From positions 434,001-498,000 of the forward strand of contig NC_134035.1 of assembly GCF_964204645.1 (NCBI RefSeq): a stretch of 64,000 bases of DNA. The letters are read 5' to 3'. The notes under the pieces were generated by a model. That model was not told where the DNA came from. It ran no database searches and saw nothing but the letters and a program-made list of their open reading frames with translations. Both the position numbers and the translations under genes were made by a program. Shown here in pieces: positions 27,631 to 41,900 of the stretch (within the stretch, counting starts at the first letter, position 1; every line of letters begins with the position of its first letter). Source of the stretch: Tubulanus polymorphus. Its lineage: Eukaryota; Animalia; Nemertea.

Positions 27631-30020
27631 AAAACTAGGGATGCAATATCCAGTTATACTAAGTGAAAATACCAAGAATTTACGTGCCAAGATAAATGGG
27701 GAGGGCCTACAAAAAAGTCTAAGAAAAAAAAACCTAAGAAAACGAAATACCTAAAAAAGTGTTTGGAAAAAAATCAGGAATTTCTGAAAATATTGTGACA
27801 AATTTTGAATATTTTTGCTATATGATTTTTAAGAATGGTCTAAAGAGCAACGAACCCAGTTTCACGAAGTATAATTTGACAATGATTGGTTCTAACTCAA
27901 TCCTAAACTGAATATCTTCGTGAAACTGGGCCCACATAGGAATACCAACCACCCCCATAACCCGAACCCATCCTCAACCATGTCCCTACACCCCATCCCA
28001 GGGTTTAATGGGTTCAGACGACACGCGTGAAGAACTAACAATCATTCTCGCAAAAACAGAACCAACATTCACTGTATACAACATTCACACACACACACGC
28101 ACACACATACTAAGAGAAGCTTCGTAATTGAAACGTTGAAATTAATTTCGAATATTTCATTCAATTAATGGATTCACAAAAAAGCATCAACTCCTTAAAC
28201 GAGTTTCCAAACGTTTTTGTTTAACTTTGCCTAGGATCGAAACATCACGAATTGTTATGAAATCCAAACTCCAAATCTATTTCAAATTTTCAATTACGTT
28301 CTTCTGAGAAAAAACAAAAGAAGACCAATCTTAATAATGATTATTTCAAAAATTTTCTAAAATATCAAAACATTCTCAGTAGTTCCCGACGCAGAAAAAA
28401 TTTTGCCTAGAATTTTGCCTAAGTTAAACCTAATTTAACCTAATATATTTTGTCTGGGATCGATTTTTTCGGATATTTCCTTGAATCATTTGAACACTTG
28501 CCTCAACTTGGGCTTAAACGACAAGTGAAACTGTGTACTCTGAATAAAACATTGTTTCTTATAATCCATTTTACACTGTATCGAAGAATTGTCAACAAGT
28601 CTAATAGGGAGAACAATAGACTCAATTTTTTTAAATAAATCAAAAATAAATTAAGTTCAGAAATTAGCCTACACCTTTCACGCCTAAATACTGAAATATT
28701 TTCCAAATGATCAAAATTATAATTTGTCGGCTTGAAAAAATTGGAAACACATTGTTAGAAATGAAAAAAATGGAGTCTCTTTTCTCTTATTCAACTAGAG
28801 TAGATTCTTTTTCTATCTTTCAATACAGCATAAAATGGATATAAAAGCTAGTTCATTTAGACTGCACCGTTTCACTATCATATCAAGACCAAACTCGAGG
28901 CATGTGTTCAAAAGATTAAGAAAATTATCCCGAAAAATCTACCACAGACAGAAAAATATAAGACTTACGTTAGACTTACGTTAGATAAGAAAAAAAAAGA
29001 AAAAAAACCGAACTCCTTAAAATTGTAATAATAAATCCTAAACTATCACTAAACCTAAACTATAAAAAAAAAGGTAGGAAGAGGGGGGCCAAGATCTCGG
29101 CACAGCGAGCCAGGGGGGTTAGTGCACATCCTGCGCTCGCTAGGAGGGTACATGACCACCCTCCTGCAACCTCGGGAGGACCTCCTACTGCAGCCTCGGG
29201 AGGTCTTATGCCTCGTGCTACAGCCTCGAGAGATTTTATACCTCCTATTCCGTCACTTCCGACGGAAATACGCCATTGCCAGCTATGGAAGAATGGGATG
29301 TATGTTTTGTGCGAGTTTATCTCCGGAAGGCCCGGATCTGCGGCCATCAACCCAGCACCGTACGATTCATATCGAGATATGACTAGTAACTCCGAGAGGT
29401 AGCCCAACCATAGAAACAATGATAGCAACTAGTAAAACAGAATACAGAGTCTGACTAGTCACAAGAATACCTAGCCACGTATATACCTAGTCATGTGCAC
29501 ACCCAGCCATGTGTACATCCAGCCATGTGCACACCTAGTCATGTGTACACCTAGTCATGTGCACACCCAGCCATGTGTACATCCAGCCATGCGCACACCC
29601 AGCCATGTGTACAACTGGTCATATGCATACTTAGTACCTGAATACATATGTACCAAGCACCTAACAGCACCTGCACCTAAAAGGATCTGCACCTGTACCT
29701 GAGAGCATCTGCACCTGTACCTAAAAGGATCTGCACCTGTACCTAAAAGGATCTGCACCTGTACCTTATAGTATCTGCACTTGGAAAATTGACTGCAATT
29801 TTCGCAGAGTAATTTTTACTCAAATTGCTGAAAATTAGAAAATATCGACGAGGCGAACACGTCGAAAAAACGTTTGACACGCAAAATATTGTTTTAGAAA
29901 AAATCGGTTTAAGAAAATGCCGAGATATCGATCGACGGTTTTTCGAATAATCTGAACTCAATTGAGCTGATTATCAATTTATCGACTGATCGACTTTCAA
30001 CTGACTACTACGACCGAGTC

Positions 30021-30660
30021 ACTGACTTATAAAGACTTACTGACTACTACTGAACATGACTACTGTGATTGAGTGACTGCTACAGAGTCACCAATACTAT
30101 TACTATTAATGACAAAATGACTACTACGAGTCACTGACTACAACTTAGTGACTACTATTAACCAAAAAATGACTACTACAACTGACTTATAAAGACTTAC
30201 TGACTACTACTGATCATGACTGCTGTGATTGAGTGACTGCTACAGAGTCACCAATACTATTACTATTAATAACAAAATGACTACTACGAGTCACTGACTA
30301 CAACTTAGTGACTACTACTAACCAAAAAATGACTACTACAACTGACTTATAAAGACTTACTGACTACTACTGATCATGACTACTGTGATTGAGTGACTGC
30401 TACAGAGTCACCAATACTATTACTATTAATGACAAAATAACTACTACGAGTCACTGACTACAACTTAGTGACTACTATTAACCAAAAAATGACTACTACA
30501 ACTGACTTATAAAGACTTACTGACTACTACTGATCATGACTGCTGTGATTGAGTGACTGCTACAGAGTCACCAATACTATTACTATTAATGACAAAATGA
30601 CTACTACGAGTCACTGACTACAACTTAGTGACTACTACTAACCAAAAAATGACTAGTATG
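30021..30660. repeat. 160-bp tandem repeat, 4 copies
   Basis: actgacttataaagacttac at 30021, 30181, 30341 and 30501. Confidence 0.95.
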
Positions 30661-30843
30661 ACTGCGTAACTTGACTGAATGACTACACTACTACTGCTGA
30701 TTAACTGACTACCATGACCGATGAAAAAAACTGTTTCGTTGAACTGCTGATTACCCGGATACAGGAAGCAGTTGAATTGTAAATGACCCAGTGAAGCAGT
30801 GAACAAACAAGCCTACCTCGTTACTGGATCATTTACGATTCAT

Positions 30844-31311
30844 CTACTCCCTGTACCCACGCCTAAACAAGACCGATTTTAAATCATGTAAAAGAGCCTT
30901 TGATCTATCCGAAGATAGAAGCTCCTCCCACGGTCCCACGGAACCGCGAGCCACCACCCGCACTTCGGCGCGGCATCGGTCGCTGGACAGAACTCTGTCC
31001 AGCGCCGAAACCGGGGCAGCGGCCAACGGCTCCACGGGGGCAGGAGGAACCCCTCTTACCTCCTCAACCTCCACGACCATCTCCTCTTCTACCAGTTCCG
31101 GCTCCGGCTCCGGCTCCGGGACCGGTTCAAACACCGGTTCCGGTTCCGGCTCCGGCTCCGGCACCGGCACCGCCTCCACCACCTCCGGAACTACCACGAC
31201 GCCGATCTCCTCCCCTCCGCCACCGCGTCGCTCCCCCTCGGGAGGCGCCACACCACCGCGACGAACCGCCGGACGGCGTCGTCTTCGATGCCGAGCGGTG
31301 CGCGTGCCCGT
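30844..31311 (-). CDS. Terminal coding exon (exon 39): Arg run, Pro/Glu/Val low-complexity tract, C-terminal ...LHDLKSVLFRRGYRE*
   Basis: Acceptor tttttttgcag at 31312+. GC-rich 468-nt frame matching ORF 30844..31335. Phase 0 matches the donor of exon 38. Confidence 0.8.
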   Translation of the reverse strand, partial: TGTRTARHRRRRRPAVRRGGVAPPEGERRGGGGEEIGVVVVPEVVEAVPVPEPEPEPEPVFEPVPEPEPEPELVEEEMVVEVEEVRGVPPAPVEPLAAAPVSALDRVLSSDRCRAEVRVVARGSVGPWEELLSSDRSKALLHDLKSVLFRRGYRE

Positions 31312-32838
31312 CTGCAAAAAAAAGAAAACATTCATTTACTAAATGATCGGTTGAAAAGTGATTTTTTACAGAAAATTTTCGGATCAGTAACCGAGCTGAA
31401 ATAATGGAACAATTGATTACATATAAACAAAGAGATAAATCGTCGCGATCTGGGAAACAATATTCTAAAGGGTTAGAAAATAAAGCAAAAAAAAAAATGA
31501 CGATGGCTCGCTGAAAATGAAAGTATTATTTAAGAAAAGATATTATAAGTGATTCATAAAAACTGTTCGTGTGAGAGAAATTCATTCGAAATCAAAACTG
31601 AGAGAAATATAAAAAAAACAGTTAATGTTGAGATGATGCTTACCTCCCGTAACTCCCCCTCCCACAGCCGCCCGTCCACGCGACGGGACCACCTCTGTGC
31701 AAGAGGGTGCGGCTGCCGGAGGGTCCGCTGCCTAGGGCGCCTATCCGGGGAGGCAGCAGCTGGAACGGGGTCTGCCAGCTGGTCATCCAAGACAGGACCA
31801 AGGTTCAAGTGAAAGAGGTCTATGGCCTCTTTCACGTCCTCCGGACCATCCTCCACCGTCTCAATTAATATTGGTTCCACTGTAAAATATAAAATAGAAA
31901 GAAATACATTAACAATCAGGAGAAACAATTAATATATCAAGGGCGGATCCAGTCCCCCGCCTTTAATATCTTGAGGTGCCCTCGAGATATTTTAGGAATT
32001 TCTTTTTCCATTTTATAAAGAAATATCAAGTATTCCCTCATGATGGCTATCGAATAGCCTCGGGCAACAAAATTTCAAAATTTTCTGGGGAGAAACACTT
32101 AAGACCCCTTTCATCCCTTCACGAGTGCTCATGTGCCCTTCAGTAAACCTTCCAAAAATCCTGGCTCAGCCCTTGTAGATTTACAGTGAACCCAGTGTAG
32201 CTAGTAATCTCATTAATACAAAATGGTTGACTTTCCACTTGAAGCGTGATTGGTTGCCAATAATTTGTGACATCATCATGCAGCAGAATGGGGGATGCGG
32301 AAAGAATACAATATCAGTCTCGATGAGTGACATTGATGGGCTGGTTGAGAGTTTAGGGTTGTCGGGACAGGGTTACTACAGTACAGCACAGAAGTAACTA
32401 AACATTGTATCATTGTATTGTACAGTCACATGAACAAACAAATAAATAGGTGTCATACCATCAGCGAACCATCACTTAACCATCAGGTGAACCCCTGCCA
32501 TAACCGCAAACCATGATTCATGATGATTTGAAAATAATTCTAAATGGTAGGCATGGAAACTTGTTAAAATTGATCTAGTTCATAAAATGCAGTCTATTTT
32601 CTCTGATTCAAATCAGTTCAAGAAGACTTTTTTGGCAATGCTTCAATTAACAGCGTAAAATGGATGCAAAAACGATGGTTTATTCAGACCGCGCGGTTTC
32701 ACTGGTCGTATTTAAACCAAATTTGATGCGGTATGTGTTTAAAACAATGAGCGACATATGGTATATGGAGTATATTACTTCATGCCTTGCCAAACACTAA
32801 TTACTTACTCACCAAATCACTCAATTAACCTGTTCTTA

Positions 32839-32905
<67 letters not shown>

Positions 32906-35900
32906 TTTTAGTCAATATCTCACACCTGACGATGATCTCTAGGGTGAGATCGAAACATCGTGTTCTTATGTTTTAGATTGTTTCCATAAATAAATTCTCG
33001 ATTTTAGAATTCTTTTAATTTGTAAATAAAGTTGGTTTTTATCTTATTAACCCTTTCAGTGCTGACTGATCAATACCCGTATACTGCTGGAGATAATTTG
33101 AAAAATTCCACCCAAGTGTGTTGAATAACGGGAATAGCACTACAGTGCGTCTACACCACGGCGCGGTGTATCGTTAGTTACTGATATTTCACGATGTGTC
33201 TGAAAATGGTTGACGCCGCACGAAAATAAATAGGCTTTTGTTATACAGAATTCTGTTGTAAACAGAAAGGGAACAATGATCTCGTTTTTCGATTTCAATT
33301 ATTTCTAGGATGTACCGTCAATAAGACCCGGGGCTTGATGAGGCAGTGGCTGCGTTACTGTGGCAAGCGAGGATCAGCTAGTGGTTACTCCTCAATTACC
33401 GTGCTTCAATTTCGTCGTCACTTCCCGATTGAACTGTAGCCGACTCATCGCTTTATCAATACGCGAAAGTTCACGATTGGTAGAACACTTTATCTGTGTT
33501 GACGCGATGAGGAGAGAATCCCACAATGATAATAAAAAGTCCGAAAATGAAACTTCGAGATAGTAGTTTATTCAACGTTTCGACTATATCCTAATAGTCA
33601 TCTTCAGGAATAATCAGGAATTATTCCTGAAGATGACTATCAGGATATAGTCGAAACGTTGAAATAAACTACTATCTCGAAGTTTCATTTTCGGACTTTT
33701 TATTATCATTGTGGGATTCTCTCCTCAACGCGAAAGTTGCTCGAACAAAAATTCGTTTGATTATATTTGAATTTTGTAAGCGAAAATCGAGTTCGAAAAT
33801 AAACTAATTTCATCGCGTATCAACGAGTGTACCAGTACCTTATTCAATGTACGTTGAGGATACTTAACACGAGCGGGGGGGGGGGGGGGGGATGAAAAAT
33901 GATGTGATCAGTGGAAAGAGAGAGGAGAGAGTATAAATGCAAAAGGTTGTACTTACATCGCGTCAAAAAATTAAGTAGATACCGCGGATCCGCGGCGATA
34001 TTCCGCCTTATCTCTTCGATGACTGTAAAATAAATAAATGAGAAAAATTATTAGTATTTCATTAAATCATGGACGATCAATAGGAGTTTTACGACGTGGA
34101 CAATACAGTCAAAGTCCGTTATACTGCCGCCATACTCCATCAGGAGTGACATGATTTTGGGCATTCTAATGTGCTGGATCCAGTTCCACAAATGAGTTAA
34201 CTCTGATCTCAGAATCTAGTTCTACATTTGGGAGAGTTAATTCTGAACTCAGGATCCAGTTCCACAGATGAGTTAGATTTAACTCTGAACACAGAATCCA
34301 GTGCTACAGTTACGAGTTAAAGTTAACTCTGAACTCAGGATCCAGTTCTACAGTTACGAGTTAAAGTTAACTCTGAACTCGGGATCCAGGACCCAGTTCC
34401 ACAGTTGTGAGTTACAGTTAACTAAATTTATCATCAGTTATCAACAGTAAGGCGCTCAGTAACATCTTTCATATTTCTGTTCAAATCAGAGACAAATTCA
34501 GTATTTCTTGTCATAAAATAGTAACAAATACCGAAAATCAGTAACAGTTTGGGCAGCTCTGCTAAAAATGTCTGGCTACAAACGGACATATCTAAATAGG
34601 ATCATGAATATGTGTAGACTTACCATTTTCCGTCGCATCGACGGGGGCGGCGGGGGCGGCAGCTGCATTTTCTGCCTATAATATAATAACAATCATGATG
34701 TTAAGGTTTAAGAAAACAACAAAAAAATTTGTCAAAATTCATGCAGTTTTTACTAGCGTTTCGATAACACGAATCGTAATTAGAGAGATAATGGGGCCAA
34801 TTCCCTATATGAAATCAAAAGCTGAAATAGAGCCTGCAAACAAGAGCATTTCAAGAGCTCAACTAATGCAGCGCAAAGTTTCCAAACAAACCAAGAAATC
34901 ACAATTTCAAAGTTTTTCTTGATTTCTCTTTATAGTACATTCGCCGTTTATGTATAGCAGTTCCGGTCCATTGGATAATCCTTTCATCATCGCTTTCATG
35001 AAATTTGAACAGTAGGGAACTGGCACGCCAGCTATCCCTTCAGATGGCACCGCTTAGGTATGTGAGACAATCTAATGGGACAGAAAGTGAATTTCAGAGA
35101 CGTCGTCTGCGCGACAAGAAGTCGTCAAATTAGAGCATCGATATTTTTTCGCGCATCTCTTATTGTATTAATAGTGAGCACTGGATCATATCATTACGGT
35201 TAAAAATACCTGACAATTTGATATCTCTAATTTGAGTAGTTTTCACCTGAATATATGACAGCGCAAGGGCTCTAATATCAAAAATGGTAGTTGAATAAGA
35301 AATAACCACAACTAGAAATCATTGTGATCTTGAAAGTATTTTGATATTTCAAAGCTCTTAAAATGGAGGCACTACTCTCAAAGTCGTTATCAGGTCTGGA
35401 ATACCACTAACTCAGTAAACAATTCAAACTTACTCTACGGCGTCGGAGCCGCGGGGAGCGCCGCAATTGCGGTATCTCGTCTCTCTGGAAAAAACAAAAC
35501 GATCAACATTGATTAAATCATCGAAACATTAAATGATTTCTTACTGTTTGGAGAGTTCGGTATCAGAATAAGCTCGGTAGGACCAGAGAGATTCAGGGAT
35601 TCTATATGTGAATAGCTCGGTAGGACCAGAGAGATTCAGGGATTCTATATGTGAATAGCTCGGTAGGACCAGAGAGATTCAGGGATTCTATATGTGAATA
35701 GCTCGGTAGGACCTGCGAGGTTCAGGGATTCTACATGTGAATAGCTCGGTAGGACCAGCGAGGTTCAGGGATTCTATATGCGAATAGCTCGGTAGGACCA
35801 GAGAGATTCAGGGATTCTATATGTGAATAGCTCGGTAGGACCAGAGATTCAGGGATTCTACATGTGAATAGCTCGGTAGGACCAGAGATTCAGGGATTCT

Positions 35901-38900
35901 ATATGTGAATAGCTCGGTAGGACCAGAGATTCAGGGATTCTGTATGTCTTCCTGTTCATTGACGTGTCAGTAATGATCAACACATTCAGTGTATTCGATG
36001 CATTATAATTATTTTCACTTATAGTTCAAACTTACATCAGCTTGCGGCGGCGGCGGCGTCGCAGGTGTTTCAGTCTAAAAAGTAAAAAAACGATATTTCC
36101 ATTGGTTATAAAAACATGAAAATGATTCATTTCAACTTAATATAATAAAACTTGGTTCCACAGTTCTGGACCCAGTCCCACAGTTACAGAACCTGGCTCC
36201 GCAGTTCTGGACCCAGTTCCACAGTTTGAAGTTATGATCTAGTAAAGAGTTACCGATGCTGGATCCTAGTTTTCCAGCCAATGATATTCAGTTAGTTCCG
36301 TGCGATAGTCATCAAGCCGATTGTCATAAATTTCTAGATCTCTCCCTGTCCCGCCGCCCCAGAATTAGGTATTTTTACTTTTTTTTGGTTTCGATTTTTT
36401 GGTGCCACGAGATCCAAAGCAGAAGAATTCTACACTATTTTAATTCTTTTTCCGATGCAGATTTTGAAAACAATAAAATATCCTCATAATCATTGGTGAA
36501 CCACAATGATGATAATCTACAGGACTTAAAACAGGTCAATTTGTCAGTTTTTACCATAGTTTATCATTGTTACAATGGTGGTTGTCACCTATGTTGAGGA
36601 TTTACCGCTAGGGGCAACATTGAAACCCGGTCTATGAAATCGGGCCACGGTTGAGGATTTACCCCTAGGAGAAAATGATGTGGTCTATAAAACCCTGCCC
36701 AGATTATCAATAAACTTATTTGAAATTAGCTTCACTTAAAATGATTTGACTCAAATCAAACTTACTTTAACCGGTCCGACGCGTGCCCGTTTAGGGCTAA
36801 CGGGGTCCTATAAAATAAAAACAAGTTGAAATCAACATCCAGAATTTTCAAACATATTTCTGAAGGAAATCTCAATTTCAGATTATCTTAATAATCTTTG
36901 ATGAGCCACGAAAATGATAATCTACACAACTAAAAAATGTAAATGAATAACCATGAACTGCGGGTGCAGAAACGACAACACCACTTGCAAAAAGGGCTTC
37001 AACAAACTCTCCACAATCACAAGAGGCACGTACTACCATCGCGAAAATCTTGTGCCTTTTTTTCCATGCCCAAAATAGATGTTCAAGCCACTTGGAAAGT
37101 GGTTTTTTTCGCATCGACAAACTCTCGTCGCAATCACAAATCATACTTGTCGTAAGCTTAAACTTTCACAAGATCCCGTCGGCAGACGGACAGACGGAGA
37201 GACAGGCGGACAGACGGAGAGACAGGCGGACAGACGGAGAGACAGGCGGACAGACGGAGAGACAGGCACACAGACGGAGAGACAGGCGCACAGACGGAGA
37301 GACAGGCGGACAGGCGGAGAGACAGGCGCACAGACGGAGAGACAGGCACACAGACGAACGGACTGTAAAATGATTTGATGAAATTCAAACTCACCGATGC
37401 CGGTACCTCGAGCTTCCTCTTCTATAAAATAAAAAATCAACTTTAGTTTAACAACGTCAACAAAAATTCAGACATATTTCATCTGCAGTCGTTTGTGTTC
37501 AACTGTAAATTCAATAGAAATGTTCACAATATTTACCGGCACATTCACGCACGTGTGGAATTCATTTCTCTACATAAAAAGAAAAACAAGAGCTCAATTT
37601 AGCATTTATGAAAATCAGAATAAATTATCTCAAATCTCGCATTTTTTTAATAGCTTGGTTGACAGGGTAGACTATTGAAATATCATTTCGGAAAATTAAA
37701 AAAAAAAGAACTCGCTCAGCGCGATAAACACAGTTTTTGAAGGAAGAGGGAACTATCGATAGGGCAATATACATATGTCCAAAACAATGATCCTTGGAAA
37801 GTTCGAATTCTGCACACAAATGTGATCAAAAAAAGAATAAACGTGCGTTTTTCAATTTTTTCATCATTCAAGCCGGGATTCTCATTCGGCGAAGGTGAAA
37901 AACTTTTTTGCTCGTTTTCCACTGAATTTGTTCCACGGATGGGAGTAAAAAAAAAATTCTACTTTTGTTTGACTTTTCTTCAAATTTCGGGAGGCGGTTC
38001 CCGTAAACTAAGCTATTTAAGAAAAAGCCTCATCTGGTGAACCATCACAAATAGTTATTATTACGTTATAGGTTGTTACTAATGATCGGATTTATGAGAA
38101 CCACAACGGTATAGTGTACATTATGGAATAAAGTTCAAGTTTTTGTCAGTAGATGGCAGGCAGGTGGTATTTATAAAGTGACTGGGTGTCAACATGTGTA
38201 ACTGAAATTGTCTATTGTAAACTTACGTCAATTTGCACAATACGCGCGATTTCCGATTCCTAGAAATGTAAAGAAAAAAAATTCTGAAATCAAGTTTTGA
38301 ATAACTATACCACGGATGAAAGATTCCATGATCTAAATTCTTAGTTGACCCTCGATTTAGAGACTATTTTGAGGATAATTGAACCGATGGATGCTGCGTG
38401 ACATGATTTCAATATTCTACTAACTCGGTCTGAAGAATATTTACATCGATACAAAACTGTGACCGAGCCGCAACTTTTAAACATTCTTAGTTTCACTTAA
38501 AAACATTGCTTCACGCTATTATCAATACCAATTTTACGAATAATATGAACTCGGTAAGATAAATATTCACATCGATACAAACTGTGACCGAGTGCGACTA
38601 CTTTCAAACACTCTTTAGATATAACTGGCTTCAGCTGTGATTAATTTAGGACCGAAGATACTACTCTATATAGCTTAATCAGTAGCGGATCCAAACTAGA
38701 TTCCATTGTATTCCCGAATATAGTCAGAATAACATTTTTTTTTTTTAAGTAACTCGATCCAACAGAATGTCCCAGATACAAGGAAATTAGAACATATTTC
38801 AAAATTTTTATTGGTTAGGACCCCTAAACTGCGGCAGCTGCAGCGGTCAGGCAAAAAATATCTTTAAGGAATATAGCCAAATTCACCAGTCCCCCACGGA

Positions 38901-41900
38901 ACTGCCCCTAAGTAATGACTTTAGAATTGAACCCATGATACCGTATAGCGGCTGCAAACAGATCGGTCACAATTACCAGTGTTTATGTTTTCCAACAACA
39001 AATAAGCTAGCAAAAACTAGGTGCCTTTAGCCTACGAGCAAAATTGGTCGTAGCTTTAGCCAAGTTTGACCTTGGTGGAGATATGCTATGGGATCTCATA
39101 GAACATGGATATTTCAGCAGGAAAATCAATATCAGATTATAATAATCTGGTGAACTACGAAAATAATTATCTTTTACAACTTACGATAATGGTAGGAGCC
39201 TCGGGCTCCGGCGGCGGCGGCTCTGGGAAATCATCATTCTAGTAATCAAAATAACATGAAATATCATGAAAAATTCTAGCTAACCCTAAAAGCGAGTATA
39301 TATGGAGCCACCCACTAATGAAAGGGATGGCTCCAAATTCACTGAGAACGAGTAGGCGATCAAAAGGATATTTACCCAAAGGTCGTCGAATAAATTGATG
39401 TCCTATAAAAAAGAATACAAAAAATTTATTACGATAAAATGTACGTATGTTTTTGGTAAATGACACTTACTGATCACAAGTGACATATGGTCACGATAGT
39501 ATCACAATTGCTTGCCAGTGAGGCTAGGCGTTCACCAGAGCCAAGTTTCATAGATGTTGGGAAAAAATAATACCAGCTGGGATCATTTCGAAATTTTTCA
39601 GTTATTACCAAGGTTTTCATCATGAAGTTGTCACCTATGTTGAAGATTTACCTATAGGCAACCAACAGGGCTGCCAACCTCTGAAAAGTGCTATCACTAA
39701 CAAATTGTAATATGAAAATAAATGTTCAAATCAATCAGTAATCAACAGTAAGACCCTCAGTTAGATCTTTCATACTTCTCATATGCATCGAACAAAACAA
39801 ATCAGTATTTCTTGTCATAAAAGAGTAACAAATACCGAAAATCAGGAACGGTTGGCAACTCTGGGTAACATTGATATCCGGTTTACAAAATCGGGCTCAG
39901 GTTGAAGAAATACCTCCAGGGTATTATTGATATACAGTCTATGAAACAGGGCTAAGGTTATCAATATTTAACATCGATATCGAAAATGATTTAATGAAAT
40001 TGAAACTTACCTCGTCACGCGGAATCTTCGGCGGGCTTACGGGTTGCTGTAAAATATTTTAAAAAAAGTTGAAATCAACATTCAGAATTTTGATACACAT
40101 TGATAATAATCTACACGACTTAAAACAGGAAATAATGGTCAAGTCTTCATGAATAACCATAAGCTGTGGGTTCAGAGACGTGAACACGACCGACCGACCG
40201 ACCGACCGACCGACCGACCGACCGACCGACCGACCGACCGACCGACCGACCGACCGACCGACCGACCGACCGACCGACCGACCGACCGACCGACCGACCG
40301 ACCGACCAATTCAATGAGATTGCCAGGTTTTCTAGGACATTAGCACCCTTGAATTGCTGAACAATGCCTATACCACTGGCGATTGTGAGATCCTATCTAT
40401 GGACGAAAAGACAGATTGAAAGTAATAACGGGAGAACGATTCGATAGAATTCAAACTGACCTCGTCGACGGATCGGCGTCGTCGCTTTCTGGTGACCTAT
40501 AAAATAAACGAGCAACATTTAGATTTAATCATTTTTCATTTTCAAGTTCATGATCACGTGTAGTTCGAACATGGAAAGCATTTCATGAGAGAAATTGAGT
40601 GGAGCCGATTTAAGACTGCGAGGAAAGATATCAGTAATGTCAGTGATGAGCGAAAACTAAAAACATGGCCAAAACTTACTTCTTTTGTTGTTGTCGTTGT
40701 TGTTATTTGTTTGCACTGATGCCATGAAAGAAAAAAAGAGAATTAATTTTAGTTTTGTTATTTTATGTTCAGTAGCACACGTAGGTATCAATATACGTAA
40801 TAAATGAGTTCTAAGCGACGGATGCCTCGTTATAGATATTGTTTTGATTCTGTATCGTTATTTAATAAAACGAACAGGAGAATTTTTATGACTTTGTTCG
40901 GTATGAAATACATTGGCTGTCAGATAGAAATGAACACGACAGAAAATCCATGATACAGAAAAATGCTGACTTACTTCCTTCGGTGCTGCTGCTGTTGGTT
41001 TCTGTTGCAATAAAAGAAAGAAAATTCAGTAAGTTTTTTTTTTTTATATTTCATATACAGCAGCAAACGTTAATAAACACAGTAGACATAAAAACTGGAC
41101 AGGTTTATATAGATGTCTGTATCTGAAAAATGATTTTGATGTCATTAGCATAAATATCTTACATTAAGTTAAGTGCAATTCCTGAGTGCTAATGGATTAA
41201 AGTTGATGTTAAGACAGGATCATCTACGAGGGAATACACGGGAAACGAATGACGCTCAATTATAAAATTGAAACTTACTCGTGCAGGAATGGCCGCTACC
41301 GCTGCTGTTGCCGTTGGTGTTGGTTTCTGTTGCAATAAAAGAAAGAAAATTCAGTAAGTTTTTTTTTTTATATTTCATATTCAGCAGCAAACGTTAAACA
41401 CAGAAGACACAAAAACTGGGCAGGTTTAATATCTGTGTCTGGAAATCGATGAAAATCGCAAAAAATAATTGCCCATAGGCCAAGAGGTTTACCACAGCCT
41501 TATGAAATGCTTATATCAGGTAACGAAATAGGGATGTAAAGTGTAAGGTGCGAGAAGTTTCGGTCTCGGTTAGAGAAATGAACGTTATCGCGGACCCAAG
41601 ACAGAGCCGCTATACCGCGCCGTTCATCAGTCAGAATAGGACCGATTCCATCGCATCTCAGCTGCAGCCTCGGTACGGGAATTCAGAGCGTCGTTACGAA
41701 ATGCGAGTTAAACACACCTACTTCCCACTTAACCCATTAGCACTCAAGCCGCTCGAATCCGCCCCGGTACTTTTTTTGTATCCTGCACAAAAACGGTTAT
41801 AGTGGGATTCGAACCCGATAGCTTATAACAATCTACACACCTAAGTCCTCGAAATACCGAACAGAAAATCGACATCCTCCTATTTCAATTTCTCAAGTAT

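Noticed and set aside
30900-31346. Pro-rich + strand ORF of 148 aa
   Set aside because: Antisense shadow of the terminal exon, which has the splice acceptor and the matching phase.
31644-31745. CENP-C-like motif (RRPRQRTLRQPHPLAQRW...LWEGE)
   Set aside because: Spacing does not fit the RxxRxxxxPLxYW-xGE consensus, so it cannot be supported without a profile search.
34624-34671. Alternative 48-nt phase-0 form of exon 36 (KMQLPPPPPPSMRRKM)
   Set aside because: It would put exons 37-38 out of frame, and the + strand paralogues preserve the EN-A..DATEN frame.
37050-37440. Arg/Gln-rich overlapping ORFs, and PTDR-repeat ORF at 40149-40343
   Set aside because: Translations of 20-bp and 4-bp tandem repeats inside introns; only the 27-nt exon at 37395-37421 is kept.
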